This document shows positions 7,700-18,528 of a DNA stretch of 64,000 nucleotides, piece by piece; the stretch's first letter is position 1; every line of letters begins with the position of its first letter. A program made the translations under genes and the position numbers. The stretch spans positions 224,001 to 288,000 of the forward strand of contig CAVRCJ010000011.1 of the NCBI GenBank assembly GCA_963719515.1. The letters run 5' to 3'. This stretch comes from an uncultured cyanobacterium (GTDB lineage: Bacteria > Cyanobacteriota > Cyanobacteriia > CAKZMO01). The notes below the pieces were generated by a model. It ran no database searches and was not told the origin of the DNA. It saw nothing but the letters and a program-made list of their open reading frames with translations.

Positions 7700-9139
7700 C
7701 TAGTCCATATCGCTGGCCAGCACCAGGGCGATCGCCTCACGAGCGTTATCCTGAAACTCTTTCACGTTCACCCGCTGCAGCAGCGTCACCGCAACCACCA
7801 TGCCCACCGCCTGGGCCGCAAACACCAGAGCATAGGCGGGAAACAGGTCGGCCTCTTCTACCGGAGCGCCGTTAATCAGCCCCAGCACCCCCCGCCCCAC
7901 GTCCAGCACCGCCCCGCCGGCCACCGTTGCCGTCGCCCGGGCGATCGCCTGAGCTAGCCCCCAAGCGCCGATGAAGGTGCCCGCCGTTTCCGCCGCCGTC
8001 AGGTCCAGCATCAGGCTAATGGCCCCGTTGGTGGTCACCCCCGCCCCAATGCCAAACAAGAACACCGCCAGCTGCAGCACCTTGGGGTTTTGCGTCAGCC
8101 CCGCCAAGATAATCAGCCCGAAGCAGCCCGCCGTCAGCAGACACCCCAGCCGCGTCGTCCGCTGCTTGCCCAGCCGAGGCACCACAAAGAAACCGGTGGT
8201 GCTGATGCCCAGCAGCGTCCCCATGCCCCAGTAGGCGTTCAGCCGCGTAGTCTCGGAGATGGCCATGCCAAACACCTGCCCGCCGTAGGGCTCCAGCACC
8301 GCCTCCTGCATAAACAGGCTCACCGTCATCACCAGCAAAAAGGAGAAGAAAATCCCCGTTTGGCGGCTGGCGGTCAGAATTCTCAGGGCACGGCCTAGCG
8401 TGATCTGGTCTTCCCGATCCGTCAGGGTAGAGCGACTGCGGTAGCGGGAGTAGCGGTGCTCGATGCCCGCCGTAGAGGCGATCGCCACCACCAGCACCGC
8501 CACCGGCACCGTCATAAATAGCCGGTTCACCGAAGACTGCACCACCGCCAAAGGCGTATCGAGGGCCAGCTGCTTCAGCAGCACGCTGCTCAAAATCGCC
8601 CCAATTACGATGCCCACCATCAGCATGGACCAGACGCTGCCCACCAGCCGCGAGCGGTTGTCTTCATCCGACACATCCACCAGCAGGGCGGCAAAGGGCG
8701 TCGAGCTGGCGCTGAGGGCCAGCCCGTAGAGCGCAAACACCAGCCCCAGCAGGGCCAGCCAGCCGTAGGTGACGGGCGTCCAGCCGTTGGCGACTAGGCT
8801 GCCGTTGAGCAGCCAAATCACCTGCACGGCCACAAAGGCCATCAGGGTAAACAGCGTCGTCCCCACCCACACGTAGCCCGTACGGTGATGCCCCAGGATG
8901 GGCTTAGCGTCTGACAGCTGCCCAAACCACAGCCGCGCCGGAGCCACGAACTGGTGCATGGCGATCGCCCCCGCCGCCAGTAGGGCCGGAACCTTTAGCT
9001 CATCGATTAAAATGCGGTTGAGAACCCCCAAGGTAAGCACCGACATAATCCCTAACCCCATCTGAAATAGCCCCAGCCTGAACATAGTGACGGGCGTAAT
9101 TCGAGGCGCGTTTGGGGTAGAGGGTGCGGAGGAATCCAT
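7700..9139 (-). CDS. BCD (PucC-like) MFS transporter
   Basis: RLGLFQMGLGIMSVLTLGVLNR, LEPYGGQVFGM, AGTFIGAWGLAQA; multiple TM helices. Confidence 0.9.
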   Translation of the reverse strand: MDSSAPSTPNAPRITPVTMFRLGLFQMGLGIMSVLTLGVLNRILIDELKVPALLAAGAIAMHQFVAPARLWFGQLSDAKPILGHHRTGYVWVGTTLFTLMAFVAVQVIWLLNGSLVANGWTPVTYGWLALLGLVFALYGLALSASSTPFAALLVDVSDEDNRSRLVGSVWSMLMVGIVIGAILSSVLLKQLALDTPLAVVQSSVNRLFMTVPVAVLVVAIASTAGIEHRYSRYRSRSTLTDREDQITLGRALRILTASRQTGIFFSFLLVMTVSLFMQEAVLEPYGGQVFGMAISETTRLNAYWGMGTLLGISTTGFFVVPRLGKQRTTRLGCLLTAGCFGLIILAGLTQNPKVLQLAVFLFGIGAGVTTNGAISLMLDLTAAETAGTFIGAWGLAQAIARATATVAGGAVLDVGRGVLGLINGAPVEEADLFPAYALVFAAQAVGMVVAVTLLQRVNVKEFQDNAREAIALVLASDMD

Positions 9140-9188
9140 AGATTACGGTGAAGTAAGAACTTTGGGCCGACCGAGAGTCGCCCCCCGA

Positions 9189-9446
9189 TTATCCCCCATG
9201 AACAAGCTGAATGCGGTAATTCTCAATCACGGGGTTGGCCAAGAGGCGATCGCACATCTGGTCGATTTGCTGCTTGGCGGTCTCTGGGCTGTCTGCCGCC
9301 GTCGATAGCTCGATGTACTTGCCAATCCGCACCTCTCCGACCTCTTCAAAGCCCATCTGCTGTAGCCCAGAGCGCACTGCCGTTCCCGCCGGGTCAAGGA
9401 CAGAGGGCCTTAGGGTGATATAGATTTGAGCGTGGTACTGTTTCAC
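9189..9446 (-). CDS. purS: Phosphoribosylformylglycinamidine synthase subunit PurS
   Basis: ITLRPSVLDPAG, VRIGKYIEL, MCDRLLANPVIENY; GTG start at 9446 inside the longer ORF. Confidence 0.93.
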   Translation of the reverse strand: MKQYHAQIYITLRPSVLDPAGTAVRSGLQQMGFEEVGEVRIGKYIELSTAADSPETAKQQIDQMCDRLLANPVIENYRIQLVHGG

Positions 9447-9549
9447 GAGACTCTTAATCCGCGCAGCGGTTGAAATTATTTGGGACACTGGAGAGGCTGG
9501 TAGCCACTGCCTTAACAATGACCCACCCGAGCGCCCCCCTGACTGTAAG

Positions 9550-9954
9550 ATGAAACGGACCCGCAGCCAAGAGCAAATTTTATCCCTCCTCAAGCAGACA
9601 CCGCGAGCGATTTCCGCTCAAGATCTCCACGTTGAGCTGCGGAGCCAAGACCGCGCCATGGGTCTAGCTACGGTCTACCGCGCCCTGGACGCCCTAAAGC
9701 TCGACGGCGCGGTGCAGGTGCGCACGCTGACTAACGGCGAGGCCCTCTACAGCCTCACCCAGGAAGATCGCCATCACTTGACCTGTCTGCGCTGTGGCTC
9801 ATCCCTCCCCATTGACGAATGCCCGGTCCACGAGCTAGAAGAGCGGCTCAACCAGGACCACCGCTTTAAGGTGTACTATCACACGCTGGAGTTTTTCGGT
9901 CTCTGCACAACCTGCCAGTCAGAGGACTCTCCAGGTAAATCGTCGGCTGGATAG
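9550..9954 (+). CDS. Fur family transcriptional regulator (Zur-like)
   Basis: GLATVYRAL, HHLTCLRCG, FFGLCTTC. Confidence 0.92.
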   Translation: MKRTRSQEQILSLLKQTPRAISAQDLHVELRSQDRAMGLATVYRALDALKLDGAVQVRTLTNGEALYSLTQEDRHHLTCLRCGSSLPIDECPVHELEERLNQDHRFKVYYHTLEFFGLCTTCQSEDSPGKSSAG

Positions 9955-9965
9955 CGCTTTTGCCG

Positions 9966-11063
9966 CTAGGGCTGTGGGGTCCACTGCATAGCTTCTGCTA
10001 GTTCAATGAGGTCTGTCCCACTGGGGGCTGTCCCACTGGGGGCTGTCCCACTGGGGGTCTCGCTAAAATCTGGGGGCGGCGAGTTAGCTGACGGGCTATT
10101 CGACGGTGGGTTCAGCGGGAGGCTATGAATCGACAGCTGCATTCCTCGCTCTTGCCACAGCAGCGTCGGCATCGTGGTGGCTTCTAGGCGAGCGGGCTGG
10201 CCCCGCAGGCGAAGCGTCTTTGGGCTGGGGCTAAGGGGGCTTTGATCGCCTTTAGGAATAGGAGATTGGTTGATAACGATCTGGCTAGAGGGGCCTTGGT
10301 AGAAGAGCGCCACGTTTTGAGCGCTGTCTGGGTACTGGGTGATATAGGCATAGTCGAAGGCATAGCCCTCGGGCAGGGCGGTCGGCACCAGCAAGGGGAA
10401 CGCCAAGGTTGCCTGCGCCTCATTGAGGGTGACGCGCTGCGTATCTATATTCTGAATTTCATGGGCGGGAATAGCGCTTAGCCCTGCAGCCAGGACAATC
10501 GCGCTCAGAGTGATTAGCCCCCGGGTCAGGCGCTGCCGCTGAGAGCCGCTGTCACGGGAGCTGCCCACCAGCCCACCGCTGACGCCCCCCACTGCCGCAC
10601 CCGCTAAAAGCGGTAGACCAAAGGTCAGCAATTCGGGTAGAGAGAGCACATAAGGCAGGGCCAAGCTCCAGTAGACGCCAGCTATCCAGCTCGCTATAGC
10701 CGCCGCCGTGATGGCGATCGCCCAGTAGGGGGCATGCGTCCGGCGACGTAGCGCCACCCACTGGGTAAGGGCCATAGCTGAGCCAAAGACGGCGGCGCTG
10801 GTGACAATGACAAACAGACTGTGCTGCCGGTTTTGCAAGATGTCTAGACCGCTGTACACAAGGGCAAAAAAGACCCCAGAGGTGGCTAGACTGCCGAGGA
10901 GGATGCCCGCAGCGTAGAGGCCAAGCCACCGGGCGATCGCGCCTGAGGTGCGCTGGAGCGCCCAAGCTTGAGCTGCGGCAAAGGTGAGCCAAAAGAGGAG
11001 TAGAAGGGCCGTATTCGAAAAGACTTCAACCATGGGCCACGCTCGCGATCGCGCTAAAGACAA
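9966..11063 (-). CDS. Membrane protein with C-terminal extracytoplasmic (DUF4367-like) domain
   Basis: Several TM helices followed by LNEAQ..LAFPLLVPTALPEGY; 15-bp x3 repeat (TAPSG) at about 10013-10057. Confidence 0.6.
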   Translation of the reverse strand: MSLARSRAWPMVEVFSNTALLLLFWLTFAAAQAWALQRTSGAIARWLGLYAAGILLGSLATSGVFFALVYSGLDILQNRQHSLFVIVTSAAVFGSAMALTQWVALRRRTHAPYWAIAITAAAIASWIAGVYWSLALPYVLSLPELLTFGLPLLAGAAVGGVSGGLVGSSRDSGSQRQRLTRGLITLSAIVLAAGLSAIPAHEIQNIDTQRVTLNEAQATLAFPLLVPTALPEGYAFDYAYITQYPDSAQNVALFYQGPSSQIVINQSPIPKGDQSPLSPSPKTLRLRGQPARLEATTMPTLLWQERGMQLSIHSLPLNPPSNSPSANSPPPDFSETPSGTAPSGTAPSGTDLIELAEAMQWTPQP

Positions 11064-11184
11064 CTTGCCTAAATCCTATCGAGATTTTATTTTTATCAAA
11101 GGGATTAGCGGCCAGATCATCAATCGGCGAAAACTCTGCGGGCGGCCGACCTGCGGCAGAAGTTCCGCAGGGGCACGGATGCCC

Positions 11185-11955
11185 TCAGCCCTGAGCGTGG
11201 CTCCCACCGCAGCTCTGGATATCAGCGAGTTCCTGAGCGGATAGCGGCTGAACCACAAAGTCCACGTCAAACCAGGCGCAGGCCGCCGCTGTCAGAGTCT
11301 CGATGACCTTGACAGTGAACGCATCGTCCACCTGCCGAGAAAACTGAGCTTTGGGCGCGGGTTCTGCAAACAGCGCCGCAAATAGCTCAGGGTCAGGTGA
11401 AAGCTGCATTGAGCCGTGCTGCAGCACCGCGCGACCTGGGGCTGTGCGGCCATAGCGCTGGGCGCTGCCGATGAACTTTTGGCCCTGGGGGTCAACCAGG
11501 TCGGCCTGAGTCGCGACGCCAAAGCAGTTTGCCCTGTGGCGGTCGCTCCGCCTCGCCTCGCCGTAGTGGAGGTCTAGGCCCAGCGATCGCCAGCCGCGAA
11601 TCAGAAATTCGCAGAGGTGCCGGTAGATTTCTGGGCGGCGTCCCTGCTGATATTGGGCGACCATGGCATAGGTAAGGTCGCCTTTGTGCAGCACGGCGCG
11701 GCCCCCTGTAGGCCGCCGCACGATATCCAGCGCGGTCTCTCGGCTCAGCGATCGCCAGCGCTCGGGAAAATCCTTTTGCAGATACCCCAGGGAGATTGCG
11801 GGGCGAGACCATTGGTAAAACCGCAGCGCTGGCGGATGTTGACCCTGTTCATGCTGCTGGAGCAGCCAGGCGTCGATCTGCATTTGCAGCTGCCCCGGTG
11901 CTGCCATAGGGGGAATCAGTCGCCAAGGGCGGTCGGGGTACAGCAGGGCGGCCAT
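11185..11955 (-). CDS. Lipoate-protein ligase A family protein
   Basis: LRFYQW, ISLGYLQ, VRRPTGGRAVLH, KFIGSAQ, LQHGS. Confidence 0.9.
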   Translation of the reverse strand: MAALLYPDRPWRLIPPMAAPGQLQMQIDAWLLQQHEQGQHPPALRFYQWSRPAISLGYLQKDFPERWRSLSRETALDIVRRPTGGRAVLHKGDLTYAMVAQYQQGRRPEIYRHLCEFLIRGWRSLGLDLHYGEARRSDRHRANCFGVATQADLVDPQGQKFIGSAQRYGRTAPGRAVLQHGSMQLSPDPELFAALFAEPAPKAQFSRQVDDAFTVKVIETLTAAACAWFDVDFVVQPLSAQELADIQSCGGSHAQG

Positions 11956-11985
11956 GGGAATTTATGTCGGGATACAGTCTTGCGG

Positions 11986-12372
11986 TCAAACCGGGTCTCC
12001 TCTTTGGGCATCCAGGCTCAGCCTGCCGGGGCCGCTGTAAATCGTCATCAGCAGACCGCCGATCAATCCCAGATTTTTGAGGAATGCATTGGTCTCGGCG
12101 GGGTCTGCAATGAAGTTGTGAAACAGGAGCGTGGTGGGAATCAGAAACACAATCAGCAAAATTGCGCCAATCTTGGTCTTAAAGCCCAGCAGCAGCATGA
12201 CGCTGCCCACGAGCAAGAAAACAACGGTACCGGCGGCCAGTAAACCCGTCAGGGGTAGCCCCTGGCTGGCAATAGCTTGCTGCAGTCCGCCAAAGGTCAA
12301 CAGGTGAGAGATCCCGGCTTTGAGAAAAATGATGGAGAGAAAAACGCGGGCAGCGAGGGCAACGTAAGGCAT
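11986..12372 (-). CDS. DoxX family membrane protein
   Basis: ARVFLSIIF, FLIPTTLLFHNF, FLKNLGLIGGLL, GPGRLSLD. Confidence 0.9.
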   Translation of the reverse strand: MPYVALAARVFLSIIFLKAGISHLLTFGGLQQAIASQGLPLTGLLAAGTVVFLLVGSVMLLLGFKTKIGAILLIVFLIPTTLLFHNFIADPAETNAFLKNLGLIGGLLMTIYSGPGRLSLDAQRGDPV

Positions 12373-12465
12373 GGAAGACTCCCTGTAGACATGGTCATTG
12401 CGGCAAACGAAGGGCGAGGAGACCAACAGCCCATTTATCTCTTATAGCCTACCGCCGACGTAGCC

Positions 12466-13722
12466 CTAAGGGCGATCGCCATTTTTCCAAGACTGAAAGG
12501 GCTCCCGGTGGATGCGGTCATGCTTGACGTAGTCTCGCAGCCAGCTCTTCAGCAGCGTCCACCGATTGGCGAGCCCCGGCAGGTAATAGAGGTGCACACC
12601 TAGCCAAACCAGCCAGCCCAGCGCCCCGGTCACCGGAATGCGGCCCAGCAGGTGAGCGACCCCTGCGCTGCGGGCGACGATGGCGGCGCGGCCTTTGTTG
12701 AAGTACTTGAACGGCTGCGGCTCTTCGCCCTGGATCTGCCGGCGAATATTCTGGGCAACGGCCTTTCCCTGCTGCAGCGCTTCGGGGGCCACCCCAGAGA
12801 AGTTCGCCTGCTTCACCGCAGCGGCATCTCCAACCACATAGACGTTGGGAGCGTTGTGAAGCTGTAGCGTCGGCTGCACTAGAGCCTTTCCCTTTTCGGT
12901 CCGCGCTACCCCCGCCACAGCAGGGAGGTTTGCTTCGATGCCCGCCGCCCAAACCACCGTGGCCGTGGGCACAACAAAGCCATCGTCGAGAGTAACAGCG
13001 GTGGGGGATACCGATTTGACCTGAGTACCGAGGTGAACCTTGACCCCGCGCCGCCGCAGGTAAGCAGCGCTGCGGCGACCTAGGGACCGGGGAAGATCGA
13101 CGAGAAGGCGATCGCCCGACTGAATCAGCAGAACGCGGGCTTGGAGGTGGCTTAGCTCGGGAGAGTCTTTGATCAGGCAGTCGTTGAAAAACTCGATGAC
13201 TGCCCCCGCCACTTCTACCCCAGTCGCTCCCCCACCGACAACGGCTACCGTCAGCAGCTCTCCTTGCGCTTCCGGGTGGGTTGCTGCCCGCTCGACGCAG
13301 CGCAGCAGGTGTTTATGAAGCGCCACCGCGTCGTCTAGGGTGCGGAGCGGGAGGCTGTGGTCAGGGGTTCCCGGAACCGGCAAAACCCGCGTTTGGCTTC
13401 CCGTGGCTAGGACTAGGTAGTCGTAATTAAAAGAGAGACCGTCGACCTCTAAGGTCTGAGCTCCAACATCGACTTGGGTGACGGTGCCCTGGAGGAAGCG
13501 CACGGAGGAGTAGCGCTGTAAAACCTGTTGGATAGGGTAGGCAATGACCTCTGGCCCAATGAACCCTGTGGCGACCTGATAGAGGAGGGGTACAAAGGTG
13601 TGGTAGCTGTTGCTGTCAATCAAGATGACGTCAGCATCCGCCCGAGCCAGCCGCCGAATCGCGCTTAGGCCTGCAAATCCTGCCCCCACAACCACAATCT
13701 TAGGGGTCACTGTACTGCTCAT
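12466..13722 (-). CDS. Type II NADH dehydrogenase-like FAD oxidoreductase
   Basis: GAGFAG, PLLYQVATG, GGGATGVEVAG, VYVVGD. Confidence 0.88.
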   Translation of the reverse strand: MSSTVTPKIVVVGAGFAGLSAIRRLARADADVILIDSNSYHTFVPLLYQVATGFIGPEVIAYPIQQVLQRYSSVRFLQGTVTQVDVGAQTLEVDGLSFNYDYLVLATGSQTRVLPVPGTPDHSLPLRTLDDAVALHKHLLRCVERAATHPEAQGELLTVAVVGGGATGVEVAGAVIEFFNDCLIKDSPELSHLQARVLLIQSGDRLLVDLPRSLGRRSAAYLRRRGVKVHLGTQVKSVSPTAVTLDDGFVVPTATVVWAAGIEANLPAVAGVARTEKGKALVQPTLQLHNAPNVYVVGDAAAVKQANFSGVAPEALQQGKAVAQNIRRQIQGEEPQPFKYFNKGRAAIVARSAGVAHLLGRIPVTGALGWLVWLGVHLYYLPGLANRWTLLKSWLRDYVKHDRIHREPFQSWKNGDRP

Positions 13723-13908
13723 GGTAGCCCTGTAAGCGATGTCTAATAGTTTACCGAGGCTGATAGGGACTGTCCAGTGATATCTGGTTCGTTTGGCCTA
13801 AGGTTTCGAGACCGCTGATGTAATCCATAACACCTCACCTACGGTTGTTACCGATCTCCAACCACACCCCTCAAGCTGAAGTATAAGACTCCGCAATTTT
13901 GAGTAACC

Positions 13909-14763
13909 ATGGTTCAGGCCACCCAGCCCGTCTCTAACGTAATCGCGATCGCTTTCGACTTCGACGACACCCTAGTTCCCGATTCCTACGACGCCGTCAT
14001 CAGACAGCTTGGCTATGATCCCAAAACCTTTCGAGAAGAGCGGTATTATCCCCTGCTGAAAGATGGATGGGACGGCATCCCTGCCCGCTTTTATACGCTG
14101 GTAGAAGAATCCCGGCGGCGACCTGAAGGCAAGATCACCGCCGAGTTCTTCAAGACTCTTGGGCAAAAGCACGATCCCTTTCCGGGAGTGCGCGACATGT
14201 TCGGTAAGCTGCGGCAGCAGTGCAGCGAATGCAATGCCAACATCGAGCTGGAGTTTTACCTGATTACCAGCGGCTTTGTGGAGATTGCCCGCAGCACTGA
14301 TATCGCCAAGGAGTTCACGGCGATGTGGGGCTGCGAGTTTCACTACAGCGAATCGGGTGAAGTGGTTCACTTAAAGCACGACGTCAGCCACGCCGAAAAG
14401 CCGCGCTACCTGCACTACCTTTCTAAAGGAATCGACTCCCATTCGGAGGACGACCTGCTGTTTGCCTACGAAGATGTCTCTGACGGTGAGCTGCGGCTAC
14501 CCCTCAGCCAAGTCATTTATGTGGGGGATGGCACATCGGACTTGCCCTGCTTTGAGCTGCTTAACGCAACCGGTGGGACCTCCATCGGCGTCAATAAAGA
14601 TGGTTCTGACTGGGCCAAAAAGCATAAGGTGACCAAAAGCCAGCGTGTTGATAATCTCGTTCCCGCAGACTACAGCGAAGACTCTGAAATGATGGAGACG
14701 CTTCTCCTCGCGGTGGAAAGCCTGTGCAAGCGGATTCAGCTGCGGCAGCTCGGGTCCCGATAA
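13909..14763 (+). CDS. HAD-superfamily hydrolase
   Basis: FDFDDTL motif I; IYVGDGTSDLPC. Confidence 0.85.
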   Translation: MVQATQPVSNVIAIAFDFDDTLVPDSYDAVIRQLGYDPKTFREERYYPLLKDGWDGIPARFYTLVEESRRRPEGKITAEFFKTLGQKHDPFPGVRDMFGKLRQQCSECNANIELEFYLITSGFVEIARSTDIAKEFTAMWGCEFHYSESGEVVHLKHDVSHAEKPRYLHYLSKGIDSHSEDDLLFAYEDVSDGELRLPLSQVIYVGDGTSDLPCFELLNATGGTSIGVNKDGSDWAKKHKVTKSQRVDNLVPADYSEDSEMMETLLLAVESLCKRIQLRQLGSR

Positions 14764-14794
14764 TCATCACGCGGTAGGAGAGAATGGTCTACAT

Positions 14795-15691
14795 GTGCCG
14801 TGGTCCATCAGCATGACGTGGATAATTTCGTGGCTGAAGCAGGGTCAAGCGGCCCTGCTTTGGTGTTTTAAGTGGCGGTTCGTTCGCTACTGGGTGCGCT
14901 CCGGCTACGCCAGCAAAGGCGTCGTGTATTTCTTTGTGGGGTTTTTGGCGCTGAGGGCGGCCCTAGGGAACCCCGTCACTATTGTGGGCACGGAGGAGGC
15001 GCTGCTGGTGCTGCTCAGGCAGCCCCTGGGGGCTGCCATTGTGACAGCGCTGTCTATCGGGCTGTGTGGTTACGGGTTCTGGCGTTTTGTGCAGGCGATC
15101 GCTGACCCAGAGCACGACCGCGAGCTGGGGCTGAAGAGTATCGGTCAGCGGGTAGGCTACTTGATGAGCAGCTTTGCCTACACCAATTTGGCCTACGAGT
15201 CGGTGGACTTTGCCCTTGACACCGCGCCGATCGAGACCGACGCCATCAGCGAGACAGTGTCCCGGCTTTTGACCTATCAGTTTGGCGAAGCGCTGATTGG
15301 CCTGGGTGCCCTGGTAATCTTCGGCATCGGTGCGATTTATATTTATGGCGCGGTCTCTGGAGAGTTCATCAGCGAGTTCAAGAGCACCTGCGACCTGCTC
15401 GACCGCACCAGCTATCGCTGGCTGAGAAAGGCGGCGACCTATCTAGCTCAGATCGGCTATACCGCTCGCGGCGTCGCTATTCTGGTAATCGGAGGTGGGT
15501 TTATCCGGGCCGCGCTTACCTCAAGCGTTGAGCCTGTAGGCGGCCTGCAGGAGGCGCTGCAGCAGCTGTTGAAGCGCTCTTACGGCACCGAAGGCCTGAT
15601 GCTGATCGCCCTTGGATTTATCGCCTACGCCCTGTACATGGTGTTTAATGCCTTCTACCGGCGGTTTCAGATCGATACGATAGAAAGGTAA
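14795..15691 (+). CDS. DUF1206-type membrane protein
   Basis: Repeated R.GYA.KGVVY / GYTARG units; GGLQEAL..L...YG. Confidence 0.8.
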   Translation: MPWSISMTWIISWLKQGQAALLWCFKWRFVRYWVRSGYASKGVVYFFVGFLALRAALGNPVTIVGTEEALLVLLRQPLGAAIVTALSIGLCGYGFWRFVQAIADPEHDRELGLKSIGQRVGYLMSSFAYTNLAYESVDFALDTAPIETDAISETVSRLLTYQFGEALIGLGALVIFGIGAIYIYGAVSGEFISEFKSTCDLLDRTSYRWLRKAATYLAQIGYTARGVAILVIGGGFIRAALTSSVEPVGGLQEALQQLLKRSYGTEGLMLIALGFIAYALYMVFNAFYRRFQIDTIER

Positions 15692-15714
15692 GCCGCGCTT
15701 CGCCGAGCTGACCC

Positions 15715-17949
15715 ATGACATCTGATCGCCCAACACCTTGGCGGCTACCGCCGCTAGCTGACCTTCCCCAGCCTTGGGTTGAGCAGGTCGCGCTTCATCT
15801 TCCCGAGAATAGCCGTCGCTTTGCCGCTGCTGTTGCCCAGCTCCTCTGGCAGCGCGGTATTCAAGACCCCGAGCAGGTCGGGCCTTTCCTCAACCCCAAT
15901 CTCTATACCCCCGCCTCTCCTTTTGCCTTCGGCGACGCCATGGCCCAGGCCTGCCACCGCCTCGCCCTCGCTCGCGATCGCGCCGAGAAGGTGGCGGTGT
16001 GGGGAGACTTTGACGCCGACGGCCTCACGGCAACGGCGCTGCTGTGGGAAGGGCTCGGCGCTATCTTCCCCCCCGAGCGGCTGACCTATGTGATCCCCAA
16101 CCGCCTGACCCAGTCCCACGGGCTGAACCGCGAGGGCATCGACGCGCTGGCGCAGCAGGGCTACACCCTAATGGTGACCTGCGACACCGGCAGCACCCAC
16201 GCCGAGCAGGTCCGCTACGCCCGCGATCGCGGTCTCGACACCATCGTCACCGACCACCACACCCTACCCGCTGATGACGAGGGCGAGCCCTTCCCGGCGG
16301 TGGCCCTCATCAATCCCCGCAGTCTGCCCGCCGAGCATCCCTTGGCCGCTCTCTCTGGGGTAGCGGTCGCCTACAAGCTTATTGAGGCGGTCTACCAGCA
16401 TCTGAATATTCCAGACTCCCCTGAACCCCTGCTAGATCTGGTAGCCATTGGCCTGATTGCCGACCTCGTCGAGCTGCGGGGAGACTGCCGCTATCTCGCT
16501 CAGCGGGGCATCGAGCAGCTGCAGCAGCGCCAGCGCCCCGGCCTCAAGCACCTCATCCAGCAGTGCCAGCGCAGCGGCGATCGCCCCGCCGATATTTCCT
16601 ATGGGCTAGGTCCGCGCATCAACGCCGTCAGCCGCATCTACGGCGACGCCAGCTTTTGCGTTGAGCTGCTCACCACCCGCGACGAGAAGCGGGCCTCCTA
16701 CCTGGCGCAGCAGGCCGAGCTCGCCAATCAGCGGCGGCGATCGCTGCAGCAGCGCGTTCTGCAGGACGTCGAGTCGCGGCTAGAGGCGCTGGACGACACC
16801 ACCCGCGTCATTGTGCTGGACGATCCCCAGTGGTCTGTTGGGATCTTAGGACTGGTGGCGGCCCAAGTGGCGCAGCGCTACGGGAGGCCAGCGCTGCTGC
16901 TGCAGACGCCCCCCCACGCGCAGTCGGTAGCCCGAGGGTCGGCGCGCTCGGTTCAGGGCCTAGATCTCTACGATCTGGTTCGCCGGCATACCCATCTGCT
17001 GCATCAGTTTGGCGGCCATCCCTACGCCCTGGGCCTGAGCCTCCCGGTTGAGAATATCTCTATGCTAAAAACTGCGCTCAACCGTCAGACCAGGGTCACG
17101 GTCTCCGCCCGGCCTCGCCTCGCCCAAGCAGACCTCACGGTGGCCGTCCAGGATCTTGGCCCAGACCTGTTTCAGGCATTCAAGCCCCTAGAACCCTTTG
17201 GCATGGGTCACCCCATCCCTAAACTTTTGCTTCAAGACGTTTGGTTTACTGACCTCTGGAGCCCTAAGCAAACCGACCTAAGGGGGCAAAATACTCACTA
17301 CCCCAGGACGACGTTTAAGGTGTGCGACGAGAGCTGCCCCGAGGGTCGTCCTGGCCTGTGGTGGGGCCATCGCAAGACAGATTTGCCTCCAGGGCACTGC
17401 GATGCTCTAGTAGAGCTAGATTTCGACAGCTCTCGTAAGGAGTACCGGCTGAGGTTGGTAGGCTTAGCCGCGCGGCCTGCCACCTCCCTAGACCCAGATT
17501 CGACGCTGCACCCAGCCTCCGAGCCCTCAGACAAGCCCTCAAAGCTTGATAAAGAGCTCGGAGGCTGGGTGCCTGCCGGGCAATATCAGCGCCCGACGCC
17601 GCGAATTTCCCCAGAAGCCGCATGGCAGCAGCTTATAGGCATGGCAAAATACCTCAGCCGCACGGGGGAAGCCTGCTCAGCTAGCGCAATAGCGGAGCGG
17701 CTAGGGTGGGGAGAAAAGGTGCTAGCGCTGGGGCTAGAGACCCTGGAGCAGGTTGGCTTTGAGGTACATTTCCTGCCCTTGAACAGCATTCCTCACCTGC
17801 GGTTCGCCTCAACCAAAAAAAAAGCGCCGCTTGGTAAACAGCAGGCGGCGCTTTACGCTTTTCTGGCAAGTGCTCATGAGGAGCAGTTTCAGGACAGCTA
17901 CAACACCCCCAGCGGGGCCACCGTCCTAGAGTGTGCAGCTCATCGTTAG
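15715..17949 (+). CDS. recJ: Single-stranded-DNA exonuclease RecJ
   Basis: GDFDADG, TCDTG, TDHH, PRINA, RGSARS, FGGH, LEPFGMG. Confidence 0.9.
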   Translation: MTSDRPTPWRLPPLADLPQPWVEQVALHLPENSRRFAAAVAQLLWQRGIQDPEQVGPFLNPNLYTPASPFAFGDAMAQACHRLALARDRAEKVAVWGDFDADGLTATALLWEGLGAIFPPERLTYVIPNRLTQSHGLNREGIDALAQQGYTLMVTCDTGSTHAEQVRYARDRGLDTIVTDHHTLPADDEGEPFPAVALINPRSLPAEHPLAALSGVAVAYKLIEAVYQHLNIPDSPEPLLDLVAIGLIADLVELRGDCRYLAQRGIEQLQQRQRPGLKHLIQQCQRSGDRPADISYGLGPRINAVSRIYGDASFCVELLTTRDEKRASYLAQQAELANQRRRSLQQRVLQDVESRLEALDDTTRVIVLDDPQWSVGILGLVAAQVAQRYGRPALLLQTPPHAQSVARGSARSVQGLDLYDLVRRHTHLLHQFGGHPYALGLSLPVENISMLKTALNRQTRVTVSARPRLAQADLTVAVQDLGPDLFQAFKPLEPFGMGHPIPKLLLQDVWFTDLWSPKQTDLRGQNTHYPRTTFKVCDESCPEGRPGLWWGHRKTDLPPGHCDALVELDFDSSRKEYRLRLVGLAARPATSLDPDSTLHPASEPSDKPSKLDKELGGWVPAGQYQRPTPRISPEAAWQQLIGMAKYLSRTGEACSASAIAERLGWGEKVLALGLETLEQVGFEVHFLPLNSIPHLRFASTKKKAPLGKQQAALYAFLASAHEEQFQDSYNTPSGATVLECAAHR

Positions 17950-18279
17950 ACGCTCAATTTGGTTACTAAAGTCGCCCAGGGCGAGCTGCAGATCGTCGTT
18001 GGTGTAAAAATCCTCCATTCGATGTACGACTTTACCCTGATCAAACAGCACCAGCGTCGGCAGCGATCGCAGCCGATAGGCGTTGGCGAGCTTGAGGTTT
18101 TCGTCCGCGTTGATACTCACGAGGCTAAGCTGGCCATTCCACTCGGTTTTGAGCTGGGCTAGCATAGGCTCGAGAAGACGACACAGACCACACCAAGGCG
18201 CAGAAAAGTGGACCAAGACAGGGGAGCGGGAGCTTAACACGTCATCCTTAAAGGTTCCTTCATTAACGCGTGGGGTCAT
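17926..18279 (-). CDS. trxC: Atypical thioredoxin (WCGLC, TrxC type)
   Basis: FSAPWCGLCR active site; LPTLVLF. Confidence 0.8.
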   Translation of the reverse strand: MTPRVNEGTFKDDVLSSRSPVLVHFSAPWCGLCRLLEPMLAQLKTEWNGQLSLVSINADENLKLANAYRLRSLPTLVLFDQGKVVHRMEDFYTNDDLQLALGDFSNQIERLTMSCTL

Positions 18280-18528
18280 CGTTATTTTGTTATGCTTGTT
18301 TATTTTTTTAGAGAGAGATTGATCTCCGCAGGGTGATTTCCCAACGGAATTTAACTTCCCCTATGGAATCACATTTTATAGGAATCTCCGAGCTAAGAGA
18401 ACTGTATTTTATAAGAAAAGTTGCTGACGGTTACGGTTTACAACTCTTTTTGATCCCCGTCCCCTTTAGTGATAGCGCCACTGCAGCGCCAGCGAACCAC
18501 AGCGCGGTATGGCTTGTGTCCACTTAGG

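Noticed and set aside
17926..18279. WCGLC thioredoxin as a novelty
   Set aside because: Matches the known cyanobacterial TrxC type
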